Source: an uncultured delta proteobacterium
Lineage (GTDB): Bacteria > Desulfobacterota > Desulfuromonadia > Geobacterales > DSM-12255
DNA length: 64,000 nucleotides
Direction of reading: 5' to 3'
Assembly (NCBI GenBank): GCA_963787125.1
Contig: CAWBBV010000001.1
Coordinates: 576,001 to 640,000, forward strand
Below are positions 9,924-19,442 of this stretch, one piece after another (within the stretch, counting starts at the first letter, position 1; every line of letters begins with the position of its first letter). A program made the position numbers and the translations under genes. Below the pieces are notes generated by a model. The model had not been told where the DNA came from, did no database searches, and saw only the letters and a program-made list of their open reading frames with translations.

Positions 9924-11093
9924 CTAATCGATTTTTACCGGCACTTTTTTCTTCAACACAAATTTGCCGCCTTTGACTTCGAGCAGCGCAAGAGGTGACT
10001 TGATCGGTTCGCGTGAAGCCTGCATCGAGAGTGTTCCGGAAACCCCTTCAAAACCTTTGGTGGCTGCAAGAGCAGTTTTAAATACCTTGGGATCAATGCT
10101 GTTGCCACGCTTCATTGCGTCAGCTAGCAGCATGATTGCATCATAACCCTGAGCGTCAAAGAGCCCTGGCTCGGCGCCATTGAATTTCTTCTTGAATGCT
10201 TCGACGAATTTGGCTGTTACCGGAGAAGCCTGCTCAGGGGAGAAGCCGAGAGCCGACATAGTCCCTTCAACAGCGTCGCCGCCGAGTTCGACAAGTTTAG
10301 GAGAGAAGAGGCCGTCGCCGCCGAACATGTTGGCTTTGAGACCCTGCTTGCGCGCTTCCTTCATAATGAGAGCAGCTTCGGTGTAGTAGCCGGAGAAGAG
10401 GATGACATCAGGCTTCTTGGCCTTGATGTTGGTAATCTGGGCGGAGAAGTCCTTGTCGCCGTCTTTAACTTTCTCGTCGGCAACGATCTCAATCCCTTTG
10501 CCTTTCGCTGCGTCGCGGAAAGTCTGGGAAAGGCCGACCGAGTAGTCGTTGTTGTCGGAGGTGATAACAGCTACCTTCTTGTACTTCATTTCAGTTGCAA
10601 AGAAGTCGATACATGCAGGGATTGCAATGGAGTCAAGGAGGGTGTCGCGGAAGATGAAGTCGCCGGTCTCAACAACGCCAGGGCCGGTTGCGCCGGCAGA
10701 GAGGAGAACTACGCCGGCTTTTTGGGCAATCGGCGCGGCAACCTTGGTTATACCGGTGGTCGGGTCGCCAACGATGGCAACAACATTGTCACGGCTGATC
10801 AGCTTTTGGGTGACGGAAGCCCCTTCCTGCTTGTCACCGCGGTTATCAGCTTCAACAATTTCGATCTTTTTGCCGAGAACGCCACCGGCAGCATTGATTT
10901 CTTCTGCCGCCATCTTCATCCCTTCGAAGGTTGGCTTGCCGAACATGGCAACGTCACCGGTCAGAGCGCCAAGAAAGCCGATTTTCACGGTATCGCCGGC
11001 AGCCTTGGGAGCCTCGCCCCCCTCTTTCTTCTTGCAGCCGGCAGCGCCGAAAGCAAGCATTCCGGCAAGAAGCAGTACGGTTACTTTTTTCAT
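9924..11093 (-). CDS. livK: Branched-chain amino acid ABC substrate-binding lipoprotein
   Basis: Lipobox-like AAGC; INAAGGVLGKKIE, DFSAQITNIK (type 1 periplasmic binding fold). Confidence 0.92.
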   Translation of the reverse strand: MKKVTVLLLAGMLAFGAAGCKKKEGGEAPKAAGDTVKIGFLGALTGDVAMFGKPTFEGMKMAAEEINAAGGVLGKKIEIVEADNRGDKQEGASVTQKLISRDNVVAIVGDPTTGITKVAAPIAQKAGVVLLSAGATGPGVVETGDFIFRDTLLDSIAIPACIDFFATEMKYKKVAVITSDNNDYSVGLSQTFRDAAKGKGIEIVADEKVKDGDKDFSAQITNIKAKKPDVILFSGYYTEAALIMKEARKQGLKANMFGGDGLFSPKLVELGGDAVEGTMSALGFSPEQASPVTAKFVEAFKKKFNGAEPGLFDAQGYDAIMLLADAMKRGNSIDPKVFKTALAATKGFEGVSGTLSMQASREPIKSPLALLEVKGGKFVLKKKVPVKID

Positions 11094-11441
11094 GTAAGTT
11101 TCTCCTTTATCGTGATTTCAGCCTGCATTGCAGGCGATACTTCAATAAGTGTTCTGATTATGGCTCAAAATGCAGCGAACTTTTCCTGCCGGCATTGCTA
11201 TTGTTTAATGCGCGGAAGAATACCATAACAACTTTAATATGAACAAAAATATTTCTGCTCTGTCAAAAAATCTGCGAAAATTTCCGGTGTAGTTCGTTGA
11301 TGAATGAGTATTCAGCAAGAGTCAGTATCTGAATGAGCTAAACAAATGGACTTGCAGGCAGTTTTTCATTTGATATCAATAATCAGCGTGTGCAGCGAAG
11401 AAGTGTATTATCAGCTCTCCGCTGCACTCTGGTGGATGGAT

Positions 11442-14400
11442 TTACGGCTCGTCCACAACAGATTTCTTTTCAAACCAGCTGTATACCGCTGGAATGATCA
11501 ACAGCGTCAGCAGGGTTGAGGTAATCAAGCCACCAACTACAACCGTGGCTAACGGCTTCTGGATTTCAGAGCCTGTCCCGCCAGCCAGCAGCATCGGTAT
11601 CAAACTGAATATGGCTATGGATGCGGTCATCAGTACCGGGCGTAACCGGTCAAGAGCACCTTTTTTGATCGCTTGCGGCAATTCAAGTCCTTCATCACGT
11701 AGTTGGGCGATTCTCGAAACCAGGACAAGCCCGTTTAAGACGGCAACGCCGAACAAGACTACGAAGCCTACCGACGCCGGCACTGACAGGTATTGCCCGG
11801 AGATGAAGAGCGCGAAGATACCGCCGATCAAGGCGAACGGCAGGTTGGCAATAACCAGCAGCGCCAACCGGAGCGAGCGGAAGGTGAGATAAAGTAGCAG
11901 CAGGATCAAGCCGATAGCCACCGGACCGATGACCATCAGTTTTTTCATGGCCCGCTGCTGATTCTCGAACTGACCACCCCAGGTAAGATAGTAGCCGGTC
12001 GGCAGCTTGACATTCGCTTTGATCTTCTGCCTGGCCTCGGCAACGAAACCGCCCATGTCCCTGCCGCTAATATTCATCTCGACGCCGATTCGTCTCACTC
12101 CATCCTGACGACTGATCTGCACCGGCCCTTCGATCATTTTTACTTCAGCCAACTGTTCCAGCGGCACGTTGATGCCGTTCTTGGTGGTGATCAGCAGGTT
12201 TTTAATCGCCTCCAGGGAGTTTCTTTTTTCTTCCGGCAGGCGCACCGTAATGTCGAAGCTGCGGTTCTCTTCATAAAATTTGGAGGCCGCTTTCCCGGCC
12301 ACGGCAATTTCAATAACCTTTTGCACGTCGCTGATGTTGAGGCCGTAACGGGCAATTTTCGACCGGTCGATATTGACGGTCAGGTATGGCTGGCCGTCAA
12401 CCTTCTCCGCGTTCAGATCTGTGCCACCTTTTATAGTGGAGAGCACCTTGGCTATTTCTGCCGATTTTTCACTGAGTATGGCGATATCATCGCCAAACAG
12501 CTTGACGATCAGCTGTGCCCGGGTGCCGGCGACCAGCTCATCAATCCGGCACTGAATCGGTTGGCTGAAGCCAAAGGTGATTCCAGCTACCGATTCTAAC
12601 GATTTTCGCATCTCATTAGTCAGCTCTTCTTTCGTTATATCCCGTTTCCATTGGCTCTTTGGTTTGAATATTCCCACATAGCCGGTCTTGTCAGAGCCTC
12701 TGGTGTCCAGGGCGACCCCGGTCTGCCCGGTTCGTCCGACGATGGTATCCAGTTCAGGGAATTGCATCAGTTTTGCTGCGGCCAGCTTGTTAACATCCAT
12801 GGCTTTGGCCAATGAAACACCGGGGAGCATGGAAACATCCATATCAAACGAGCCTTCATCCATAATCGGGATAAACTCCGTTCCCAGCCGGGTCGCCAAC
12901 AGGAGCGAGACAACCAGGAGAACTCCGGCAACAGTTAACACCACCCGCCTGGCATTCATGGCATAGTCAAGAAGCGGCAGATACAGTCTGGTTGCATGCT
13001 TCATAATGAAGCTCTCTTTCTCTGGATGAGGTTTCAGGAAGAGAATGCAGAGGGCCGGGATAACGAATATTGACAGAAAGAGTGAGGCCAGCAGGGCAAT
13101 CGCCACGGTTATGGCCAGCGGCCCGAACATCTTTCCTTCGATCCCTTCCAGGGAGAGGATCGGGATGAAAGTGAGGGCGATGATCAGCTCCCCAAAGATG
13201 CTCGGCTTTCTGACCTCCATGACGGCCTGCAGCACCGTCGCTATTGACGGATGGTTACCACCCTCTTCGCTCAAGTGGCGCTGGACATTTTCGACCTGAA
13301 TGATGGTTGTATCGATGATCATGCCGATGGAGATGGCTAGACCGCCCAGGGACATGAGATTGGCGGTAATCCCGGTAAGCTTCATGACAATAAACGTGGC
13401 GAGGAGCGACAGCGGCAGTGCAATCAGAACAACGATACTCCCCCTGATGCTGTTCAGGAGCAGGTACAGCACGATCAGTACCAGTATGGACCCCTCGATC
13501 AGCGCCTTGTTAACGGTGCCAACGCTCGCCTTGACAATGTCGCTGCGATCGTAATAGGGTACGAGCTTAATCCCTTCGGGGAGCAGATTGTTTCCGTTCA
13601 TCTCCCTGACTTTTTCCGCGACCAGCCGCACGACCTCTCGGCTGTTGGCGCCGCGCAGCATCATGACAATGCCGCCGACACATTCATCTTTGCCGTCCTT
13701 CATGGCGGCGCCCATCCTGACTGCCTCACCCACTTTTACCTGGGCAACGTCGCGGATATAGGTGGGGCTGCCACTCGAAGATTTCAGAACAATACTTTCG
13801 ATGTCGCTGACATTCTTTATCAAGCCGACTCCGCGGACTATGTACTGATCAGAACCCCGCTCAAGGAGGTTCCCGCCGATATTTTCATTATTGCTGCCGA
13901 TGGCGGCATAAACGTCATCGGCAGTAACGGCATATTTCACCAATTTCTCCGGTGAGACGATCACCTGATATTGCTTGAGATAGCCACCAAAGGAGTTGAT
14001 TTCGTTAACGCCGGCGACGCTTTTCAGCTGCGGCGTCACAATCCACTCCTGAATGGTGCGCAGGTCGGTAAGGTAGGCAAGCTTCTGCTGCGGGTCAGCC
14101 GGCATCTTCCCTTCAAGGGTGTACTGGTAAATCTCCCCCATGGCCGTGCCTATCGGCCCCATGGCAACTTCGACCCCCTTGGGGACCTTCTCCCGGGCCT
14201 CGGCCAGGCGCTCGAATACCAGTTGCCGGGCAAAATAGATATCCACATTGTCCTTGAAGACAATAGTGACAATGGAGAGGCCAAACTTGGTAACTGAGCG
14301 CAGCTGTTCGATATTGGGCAGGCCGCGCATGGCCATCTCGATCGGGTAGGTGACGTTGCGCTCGATCTCGATTGCCGACAGACCGTCGGCGTGGCTGACC

Positions 14401-14546
14401 ACTTCGACCTGGATGTTGGTGACATCCGGGAAAGCATCAATCGGCAGGCGCAGATAGGAATATAAGCCGAACCCGATAATAAGTAGCGCCAGGAAGATGA
14501 CCATCCCTTTCTGCCGCAATGTATAGGCTATTATTTTTTCCAGCAT
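11442..14546 (-). CDS. czcA: CusA/CzcA-family heavy-metal efflux RND permease
   Basis: PIDAFPDVTN, NLMSLGGLAI, RLRPVLMTA, GSEIQKPLATVVVGG; about 1035 aa. Confidence 0.93.
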   Translation of the reverse strand: MLEKIIAYTLRQKGMVIFLALLIIGFGLYSYLRLPIDAFPDVTNIQVEVVSHADGLSAIEIERNVTYPIEMAMRGLPNIEQLRSVTKFGLSIVTIVFKDNVDIYFARQLVFERLAEAREKVPKGVEVAMGPIGTAMGEIYQYTLEGKMPADPQQKLAYLTDLRTIQEWIVTPQLKSVAGVNEINSFGGYLKQYQVIVSPEKLVKYAVTADDVYAAIGSNNENIGGNLLERGSDQYIVRGVGLIKNVSDIESIVLKSSSGSPTYIRDVAQVKVGEAVRMGAAMKDGKDECVGGIVMMLRGANSREVVRLVAEKVREMNGNNLLPEGIKLVPYYDRSDIVKASVGTVNKALIEGSILVLIVLYLLLNSIRGSIVVLIALPLSLLATFIVMKLTGITANLMSLGGLAISIGMIIDTTIIQVENVQRHLSEEGGNHPSIATVLQAVMEVRKPSIFGELIIALTFIPILSLEGIEGKMFGPLAITVAIALLASLFLSIFVIPALCILFLKPHPEKESFIMKHATRLYLPLLDYAMNARRVVLTVAGVLLVVSLLLATRLGTEFIPIMDEGSFDMDVSMLPGVSLAKAMDVNKLAAAKLMQFPELDTIVGRTGQTGVALDTRGSDKTGYVGIFKPKSQWKRDITKEELTNEMRKSLESVAGITFGFSQPIQCRIDELVAGTRAQLIVKLFGDDIAILSEKSAEIAKVLSTIKGGTDLNAEKVDGQPYLTVNIDRSKIARYGLNISDVQKVIEIAVAGKAASKFYEENRSFDITVRLPEEKRNSLEAIKNLLITTKNGINVPLEQLAEVKMIEGPVQISRQDGVRRIGVEMNISGRDMGGFVAEARQKIKANVKLPTGYYLTWGGQFENQQRAMKKLMVIGPVAIGLILLLLYLTFRSLRLALLVIANLPFALIGGIFALFISGQYLSVPASVGFVVLFGVAVLNGLVLVSRIAQLRDEGLELPQAIKKGALDRLRPVLMTASIAIFSLIPMLLAGGTGSEIQKPLATVVVGGLITSTLLTLLIIPAVYSWFEKKSVVDEP

Positions 14547-14595
14547 CAAAAACCTCTCTTCGATAATTGTGATGAGTGATTATTATGGGGGGCCG

Positions 14596-15843
14596 TCAAT
14601 GCTCGTCTTTCATTTCCTTCTTTTTGATTTCCGACTTGAGAATGAACGCACCTTTGACAGCATAGGTATCACTCTCTTTGAGGCCGGAGACGATTTCAAT
14701 CAGACCGCCAACAGACCTCCCGGTCTGAACCGTCCGTGCTGCAAACCCGGATTCATTCTCCGCGACGAAGACCACTTTTTTGCCGTCCAGATCCTGCAGG
14801 GCATCTTCAGGAACCGCCACCACAGGAGGCGCATCAGCCGGCAGCGCCAGCTCTACCGTGGCAAACATCTCCGGCTTCAGCTTCCGTCCCGGATTGGTCA
14901 CTTCGATCCGCGCCTTGACTGTGCGAGAGGCCTGATCAACCAGATCGGCAATATAGGTAATCCGGCCTTTCAATCGTAAATCTGGAAAAGCGCCTACAGC
15001 GACAACTGCCGCCTGTCCCCGGTGAATCCTTGCCAGGTCCTTTTCGTTTATGTCGACCACTACCCAGACCGAGGAAAGATCGGCCACGGTGTAGAGACTT
15101 TTTGACGGGTCAGAAAGCTCACCGACGATGGCGTGCTTTTCGGTAACAGTACCGCTGATGGGTGACTTGACGGGCAGCAGCGGTCTTTTGCGGGTTTCTC
15201 CCTTGAGATCGGCAGTTGAGACACCATAAAGGGACAGTCGCTCTTCGTCAGTATGCAGTTCAGTCTGGGTGGTCTTGAAATCGGTTTCGGCAAGGAAAAT
15301 ATCCTTGCGGGCGGCAATCTTTTTCTCTACCAATGTTTTGATCCGCTCCATGTTGGCCTGGGCCAGAGCGAGCTTTGTCTTTGACTGGTGATAGCGATTG
15401 AGAGCTTCACCCAGTTCGACACTGTCCAGAGTTGCCAGTGACTGTCCGGCTGAGACACTGTCACCAAGGGAAGCGCTCACTGTGATGACCTTGCCGGAGA
15501 TGCGCGGCGATACATGGGCGATCTTGTCGGCATTAGCCTCCACCTTCCCGGTGACACTGATCACACCGGCCAGCCGCATCTTTTTAGCCACGCTGACGGC
15601 TACACCATTTTGCTTCTGCACTTCGGCGGTCATCTTGATCTTGCCTTCTTCATCATGATTGTCACGTCCTGCTTGCTTCTCTTTGAGTTCACCAGCTGCA
15701 CCCGGCTTTTCATCCTTGTGGCCGGCATCTTCTTTTTCGACACGTTCCGTAGTGCCACTTTTGAACGGTGAATTGCGATAGTAGAGGCCGCCACTCAGGG
15801 CTGTGGCCAGGATAAGTCCGATGATGATTATTTTTTTGTTCAT
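14596..15843 (-). CDS. czcB: CzcB-type membrane fusion protein
   Basis: N-terminal anchor, His/acidic linker, SPISGTV, ADLSSVWV, LKPEMFA. Confidence 0.9.
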   Translation of the reverse strand: MNKKIIIIGLILATALSGGLYYRNSPFKSGTTERVEKEDAGHKDEKPGAAGELKEKQAGRDNHDEEGKIKMTAEVQKQNGVAVSVAKKMRLAGVISVTGKVEANADKIAHVSPRISGKVITVSASLGDSVSAGQSLATLDSVELGEALNRYHQSKTKLALAQANMERIKTLVEKKIAARKDIFLAETDFKTTQTELHTDEERLSLYGVSTADLKGETRKRPLLPVKSPISGTVTEKHAIVGELSDPSKSLYTVADLSSVWVVVDINEKDLARIHRGQAAVVAVGAFPDLRLKGRITYIADLVDQASRTVKARIEVTNPGRKLKPEMFATVELALPADAPPVVAVPEDALQDLDGKKVVFVAENESGFAARTVQTGRSVGGLIEIVSGLKESDTYAVKGAFILKSEIKKKEMKDEH

Positions 15844-17138
15844 TGCACACCCCCACTAAGATCTGTTGCAGTTGCCGCCTCGAGTTTTACCAGCGCCGCC
15901 TGCCGATCATGCAGTGCCAGCAGATAGCCGTCGCTGACTTCGTAGAATTTTTTTTGCTCCTGAATAACGGCCAGAATGCCGACTTCGCCAAGCCGATAAG
16001 CTTCCTGGGTCAGTGCCAGGTTTTCTTCCATTTGAGGAATGATATCGGCTTTATAAAGAGACCGGATTTTTTCGGCATTCAGCAAGTCGGCGTAGGCCGT
16101 TTCCACTTCCAGTTCAGCGTTTCTGGCAGCGGTCCGCAGGCGGCTTTCACTGCCGCTCCTTTTGGCTTCGACTTCCTGAATGCCGGCCTTATTATTGTCA
16201 AAGAGGGGAATGGGCATCGATAGTCTTACGCCGATGGTATAAGCCGTCTCTTTCCCCTCAAAGCCGTTGATCTCCATAGACGCAGTGTCCCGCCGCAAAA
16301 CAAGACCAGCCGTAACATTGGGAGTTCGTTCGGCCCGGGCAAGGATGCTGTCCGCTTCCCCCCTGTTTTTTTCGGCTTCCAGAGCTTTCAGGTCCGCTCG
16401 CAGCAGCTGGGACAGCTGTTTAAGTTCCCCCAGGTTTTTCGTCAGGTTGAGTTCGCTTGCAAACGCCCCTGAGATGGGCGGAGATTCACCGGGTGAAAGA
16501 CCCATGAGTGTCCAGAGCCTGAAATGATTCTGGTTCAGTGCCTTTTCAACGGCAATTCGGGTTCCTTCGCTGCGTGCCAGCTCCACCCTGACCAGGTTCA
16601 TTTCCAATTCAGGAATATCCCCTGCAGCCAAACGCTCTTTTGCTACATCAAGAAGCTGACGATTGAGCTGCGTGTAACGATCCGCCAGGTTGATCCGCTG
16701 CTCTGCCAGAATTACATCATAAAAAACCGTCTTCACCTCGGCGCGCAGTTGTCTCTCCCGATCAGCCACTTGCCAGCGGTAGCTATCCAGTTCATGTTCG
16801 GCGCTGGCGAGACGTTTCTCCCTTTTCCCTGCCAGCAAGAACTCCTGTGAAATGCCCAGTAACAGACTGTTCTCATTGGTACTGCCGGTCAAAGCGCCCG
16901 TGCCGGCTTCAATTTCAATGGTTGGGTTCGGCAGGAGACCCGCTCTGATCTTGCCGGCTTCATGGACACCTTTTTCCTCACGAAATGATTTGAGGTCGCC
17001 GTTATTCTGTAACGAAACTTCAACTATTTGCCGCAGTGTCAGTTTCTGTGGTTCTGCAATTGCCGGTGCAGATACCAAAATACAGATGCTGAAAGACATC
17101 AGGAGCCGCGCTCCTTGTCTAAATACAGTTATTCCCAA
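15840..17138 (-). CDS. czcC: CzcC/TolC-family outer-membrane factor
   Basis: Signal peptide, LLPNPTI, GKREKR, PIPLFDNNKAG, AYRLGE; TTG start with AGGAGG SD. Confidence 0.9.
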   Translation of the reverse strand: MGITVFRQGARLLMSFSICILVSAPAIAEPQKLTLRQIVEVSLQNNGDLKSFREEKGVHEAGKIRAGLLPNPTIEIEAGTGALTGSTNENSLLLGISQEFLLAGKREKRLASAEHELDSYRWQVADRERQLRAEVKTVFYDVILAEQRINLADRYTQLNRQLLDVAKERLAAGDIPELEMNLVRVELARSEGTRIAVEKALNQNHFRLWTLMGLSPGESPPISGAFASELNLTKNLGELKQLSQLLRADLKALEAEKNRGEADSILARAERTPNVTAGLVLRRDTASMEINGFEGKETAYTIGVRLSMPIPLFDNNKAGIQEVEAKRSGSESRLRTAARNAELEVETAYADLLNAEKIRSLYKADIIPQMEENLALTQEAYRLGEVGILAVIQEQKKFYEVSDGYLLALHDRQAALVKLEAATATDLSGGVQ

Positions 17139-17261
17139 AGGAAAAACCTCCTTTAATTCAATTTTGAGTCAGGAAAGTAAAACAGGTTGCGGACGCACCA
17201 CGACCAGGAGAAAAGATAGCTTTGTCCCTGGATGGCGACGGACCACTCCCGTTGCGGTGGT

Positions 17262-17618
17262 TTATGCTTGTATTTGCGGGGGGATAAACTTGGAAAGATG
17301 TACTTCGGGCAGATGTTTGAACAGGTCGAATCTGCTCAGGTTTACGATGATAGGGTTATAGCTGAGCTGAAACGGTTGAACAGTCAATGAAGCATGGCAG
17401 GCACAGTTTACGCAGCTGTCACAGCCGTCATAATCCTGATGATGCTCACAAGGGGGACAGGGGGTATCGTGAGACGCCGCTGATTCCATGGCTGAAAAAG
17501 CTGTATTGACAGGGCTTTGCAGTGCATGGGCGCTTTCATGAGCACAACTGAGTGTCACGGCAAGTATCACGAGAAGAAGAAGCGTGGATGTAATTTTTAA
17601 GTGGATGAATTTTCGCAT
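17262..17618 (-). CDS. Small exported Cys/His-rich protein (CzcI/DUF2946-like leader)
   Basis: MRKFIHLK + hydrophobic segment + AHA site; CPPCEHH, CDSCVNCACH; ends FIPPQIQA; first gene of the czc operon. Confidence 0.75.
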   Translation of the reverse strand: MRKFIHLKITSTLLLLVILAVTLSCAHESAHALQSPVNTAFSAMESAASHDTPCPPCEHHQDYDGCDSCVNCACHASLTVQPFQLSYNPIIVNLSRFDLFKHLPEVHLSKFIPPQIQA

Positions 17619-17666
17619 AGGCTGATTAGGTTGACTATAGCCGGATGTGGCAGAGACTGTCAAGAG

Positions 17667-18575
17667 TCAGCTTCCGGAGATCTGTTCTTTGCCGCCCCGT
17701 GCACTGATGGCCAGAATCGCTATGCCGCTGAAGATAAGAAGTGTCCCGCCAATCTGCCAGCCGCCGAGTCGCTCCCCTAAAACTAACACCCCCAAAAGCG
17801 AGGCTGTCAGCGGTTCGCCCAGAGATAGAGTCGCCGCAGTGCCAATCTTCACTGTCTTCAGCCCGCGCACAAAAAGCCAGTATGACCCGGCTGTGGCAAA
17901 AACCCCCAGATGAAGCACAACCGCTGCCCCTCTTGCCGTCAAAACCCAGCCGGAATCATAAATGAGCAGTAGCGGTGCCAGTAACAGCGCCGCTGTACAA
18001 AATACTACCGCCAGAACTGCGTCAGAGCACTGCTTGTCCAATAGCCCCTTAATGCTGACTGTGTAGGCGGCATAGGAAAAACCAGCACCCAGCGCCAGTG
18101 CGACCCCTGGCGGATCTACCCGCAGGGCTCCTCCACCGGCGGCCAATAAGGTGCAGCCGGCAACGGCAAAAAAAGTAGCAAGCAGCCAGTTCTTTCCCAA
18201 CCTCTCTCCTCTGACCAGGTAGCCGAGCAGACCTGCCGCAATCGGGGAGCTGCCGATAGCAACCATGGTTCCGACCGCAACACCGGTCTTGGAGAGTGCG
18301 GCGAAGAAGCAGAGCTGATATGCCGCAATAAAGAGGGCAGAAACTGCTGTCGGCAGGGCAGGCCAGGAGGTAATTCCTCTCAAGCTCCCCCTTGAAAGGG
18401 CAATAATCAGGAGCGTGACTCCTCCGACAAAAACCCGGAGCGCCCCGAGCGCAACAGGGTTTGACCCCGTTGGAGCAAGCCCCTGAGCGGTGCCGGTAGT
18501 CCCCCAGAGCAAGGCAGCTGCGAGAATGTAGAGTGTCCCGCTGAGATTGGATTGATCTGGCTGGTGCGGACTCAT
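17667..18575 (-). CDS. EamA/DMT family transporter
   Basis: AALLWGTTGT, YQLCFF, TLSLGEPLTA; probable start MSPHQ at 18575 (the upstream ORF extension looks non-coding). Confidence 0.88.
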   Translation of the reverse strand: MSPHQPDQSNLSGTLYILAAALLWGTTGTAQGLAPTGSNPVALGALRVFVGGVTLLIIALSRGSLRGITSWPALPTAVSALFIAAYQLCFFAALSKTGVAVGTMVAIGSSPIAAGLLGYLVRGERLGKNWLLATFFAVAGCTLLAAGGGALRVDPPGVALALGAGFSYAAYTVSIKGLLDKQCSDAVLAVVFCTAALLLAPLLLIYDSGWVLTARGAAVVLHLGVFATAGSYWLFVRGLKTVKIGTAATLSLGEPLTASLLGVLVLGERLGGWQIGGTLLIFSGIAILAISARGGKEQISGS

Positions 18576-18754
18576 GGAATAGCCTTCTGACAAGAGATGA
18601 TCTTGGGGGCTGTAGGATTTGGAATAGTAATGATGCTTTAGAGAAGCAGCATGCTGATAACCGGTGCTTATACCATTACCCGACTTTAAGTGGACAAGTC
18701 CAATAAATTGACTGATTGTAGCTGCTATTATCTTGAAGCTACTGTAAATGAACC

Positions 18755-18782
18755 TTGACAATTTATGAATTAAGCAGATAAT
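18755..18782 (+). promoter_or_regulatory. Putative sigma70 promoter of mucR
   Basis: TTGACA-N16-GATAAT. Confidence 0.45.
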
Positions 18783-18868
18783 TTGCCAATAAATCAGTTG
18801 TTTACATCATGTAAAGCCGGTAAGAACCGGGTTATTGAATACTGAGTCAAAATACGGGGGTATTAACA

Positions 18869-19393
18869 GTGAAAACATTGCTAGAACTTGTTGCCGATAT
18901 CGTATCTTCTCATGCTTCAAACACATCAATGACTACCGATCAACTTGTTCAGGAACTTCAGACTGTCCACTCTGCACTGAAAAATCTTGAGCAGGGCGGC
19001 TGTGTAACTGAACTTGCGTCAACTATAGTCGAAGAAGTTAAAGAGAGTACCCTGACTGTGCGGCAGGCTTTCAAAAAAGATGAAGTAATCTGTATGGAAT
19101 GTCAAAAAGGTGGATTCAAGACTTTAAAGAAACATCTTTCAACGGCACATCAGTTGACCCCTGGTCAGTACAGGAAAAAGTTCGGAATCAAGACCACTCA
19201 GAAACTTGCCGCAAAAAACTTCTCTGATGCCAGAAGAAAAGCCGCTGAAGAGAGAGGCATGAATGATGTCCTTGCAAAGGCACGTGAGAAGCGAATGGCA
19301 AATCTGAACGCAGCCAAAGCACCGGCGGCAAAAGCGGTTAAAGCTGCTGCTCCCAAAAAGGCGGCAGTAACAAGAGCAAAAAAAGTAGCCTGA
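18869..19393 (+). CDS. mucR: Ros/MucR-family transcriptional regulator
   Basis: ADIVSSH N-terminus; zinc finger CMEC...FKTLKKHLSTAH; YRKKFG; Ala/Lys/Pro-rich tail. Confidence 0.9.
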   Translation: MKTLLELVADIVSSHASNTSMTTDQLVQELQTVHSALKNLEQGGCVTELASTIVEEVKESTLTVRQAFKKDEVICMECQKGGFKTLKKHLSTAHQLTPGQYRKKFGIKTTQKLAAKNFSDARRKAAEERGMNDVLAKAREKRMANLNAAKAPAAKAVKAAAPKKAAVTRAKKVA

Positions 19394-19407
19394 TGCACTG
19401 GATATAA

Positions 19408-19442
19408 CCGAAAAAGACCCGCATTTGGCGGGTCTTTTTCGG
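19408..19442. terminator. Bidirectional terminator between mucR and metC
   Basis: CCGAAAAAGACCCGC-atttg-GCGGGTCTTTTTCGG. Confidence 0.9.

Noticed and set aside
18576..18761. His-rich N-terminal extension of the EamA ORF
   Set aside because: AT-rich divergent promoter DNA; the transporter motifs begin after Met 18575.
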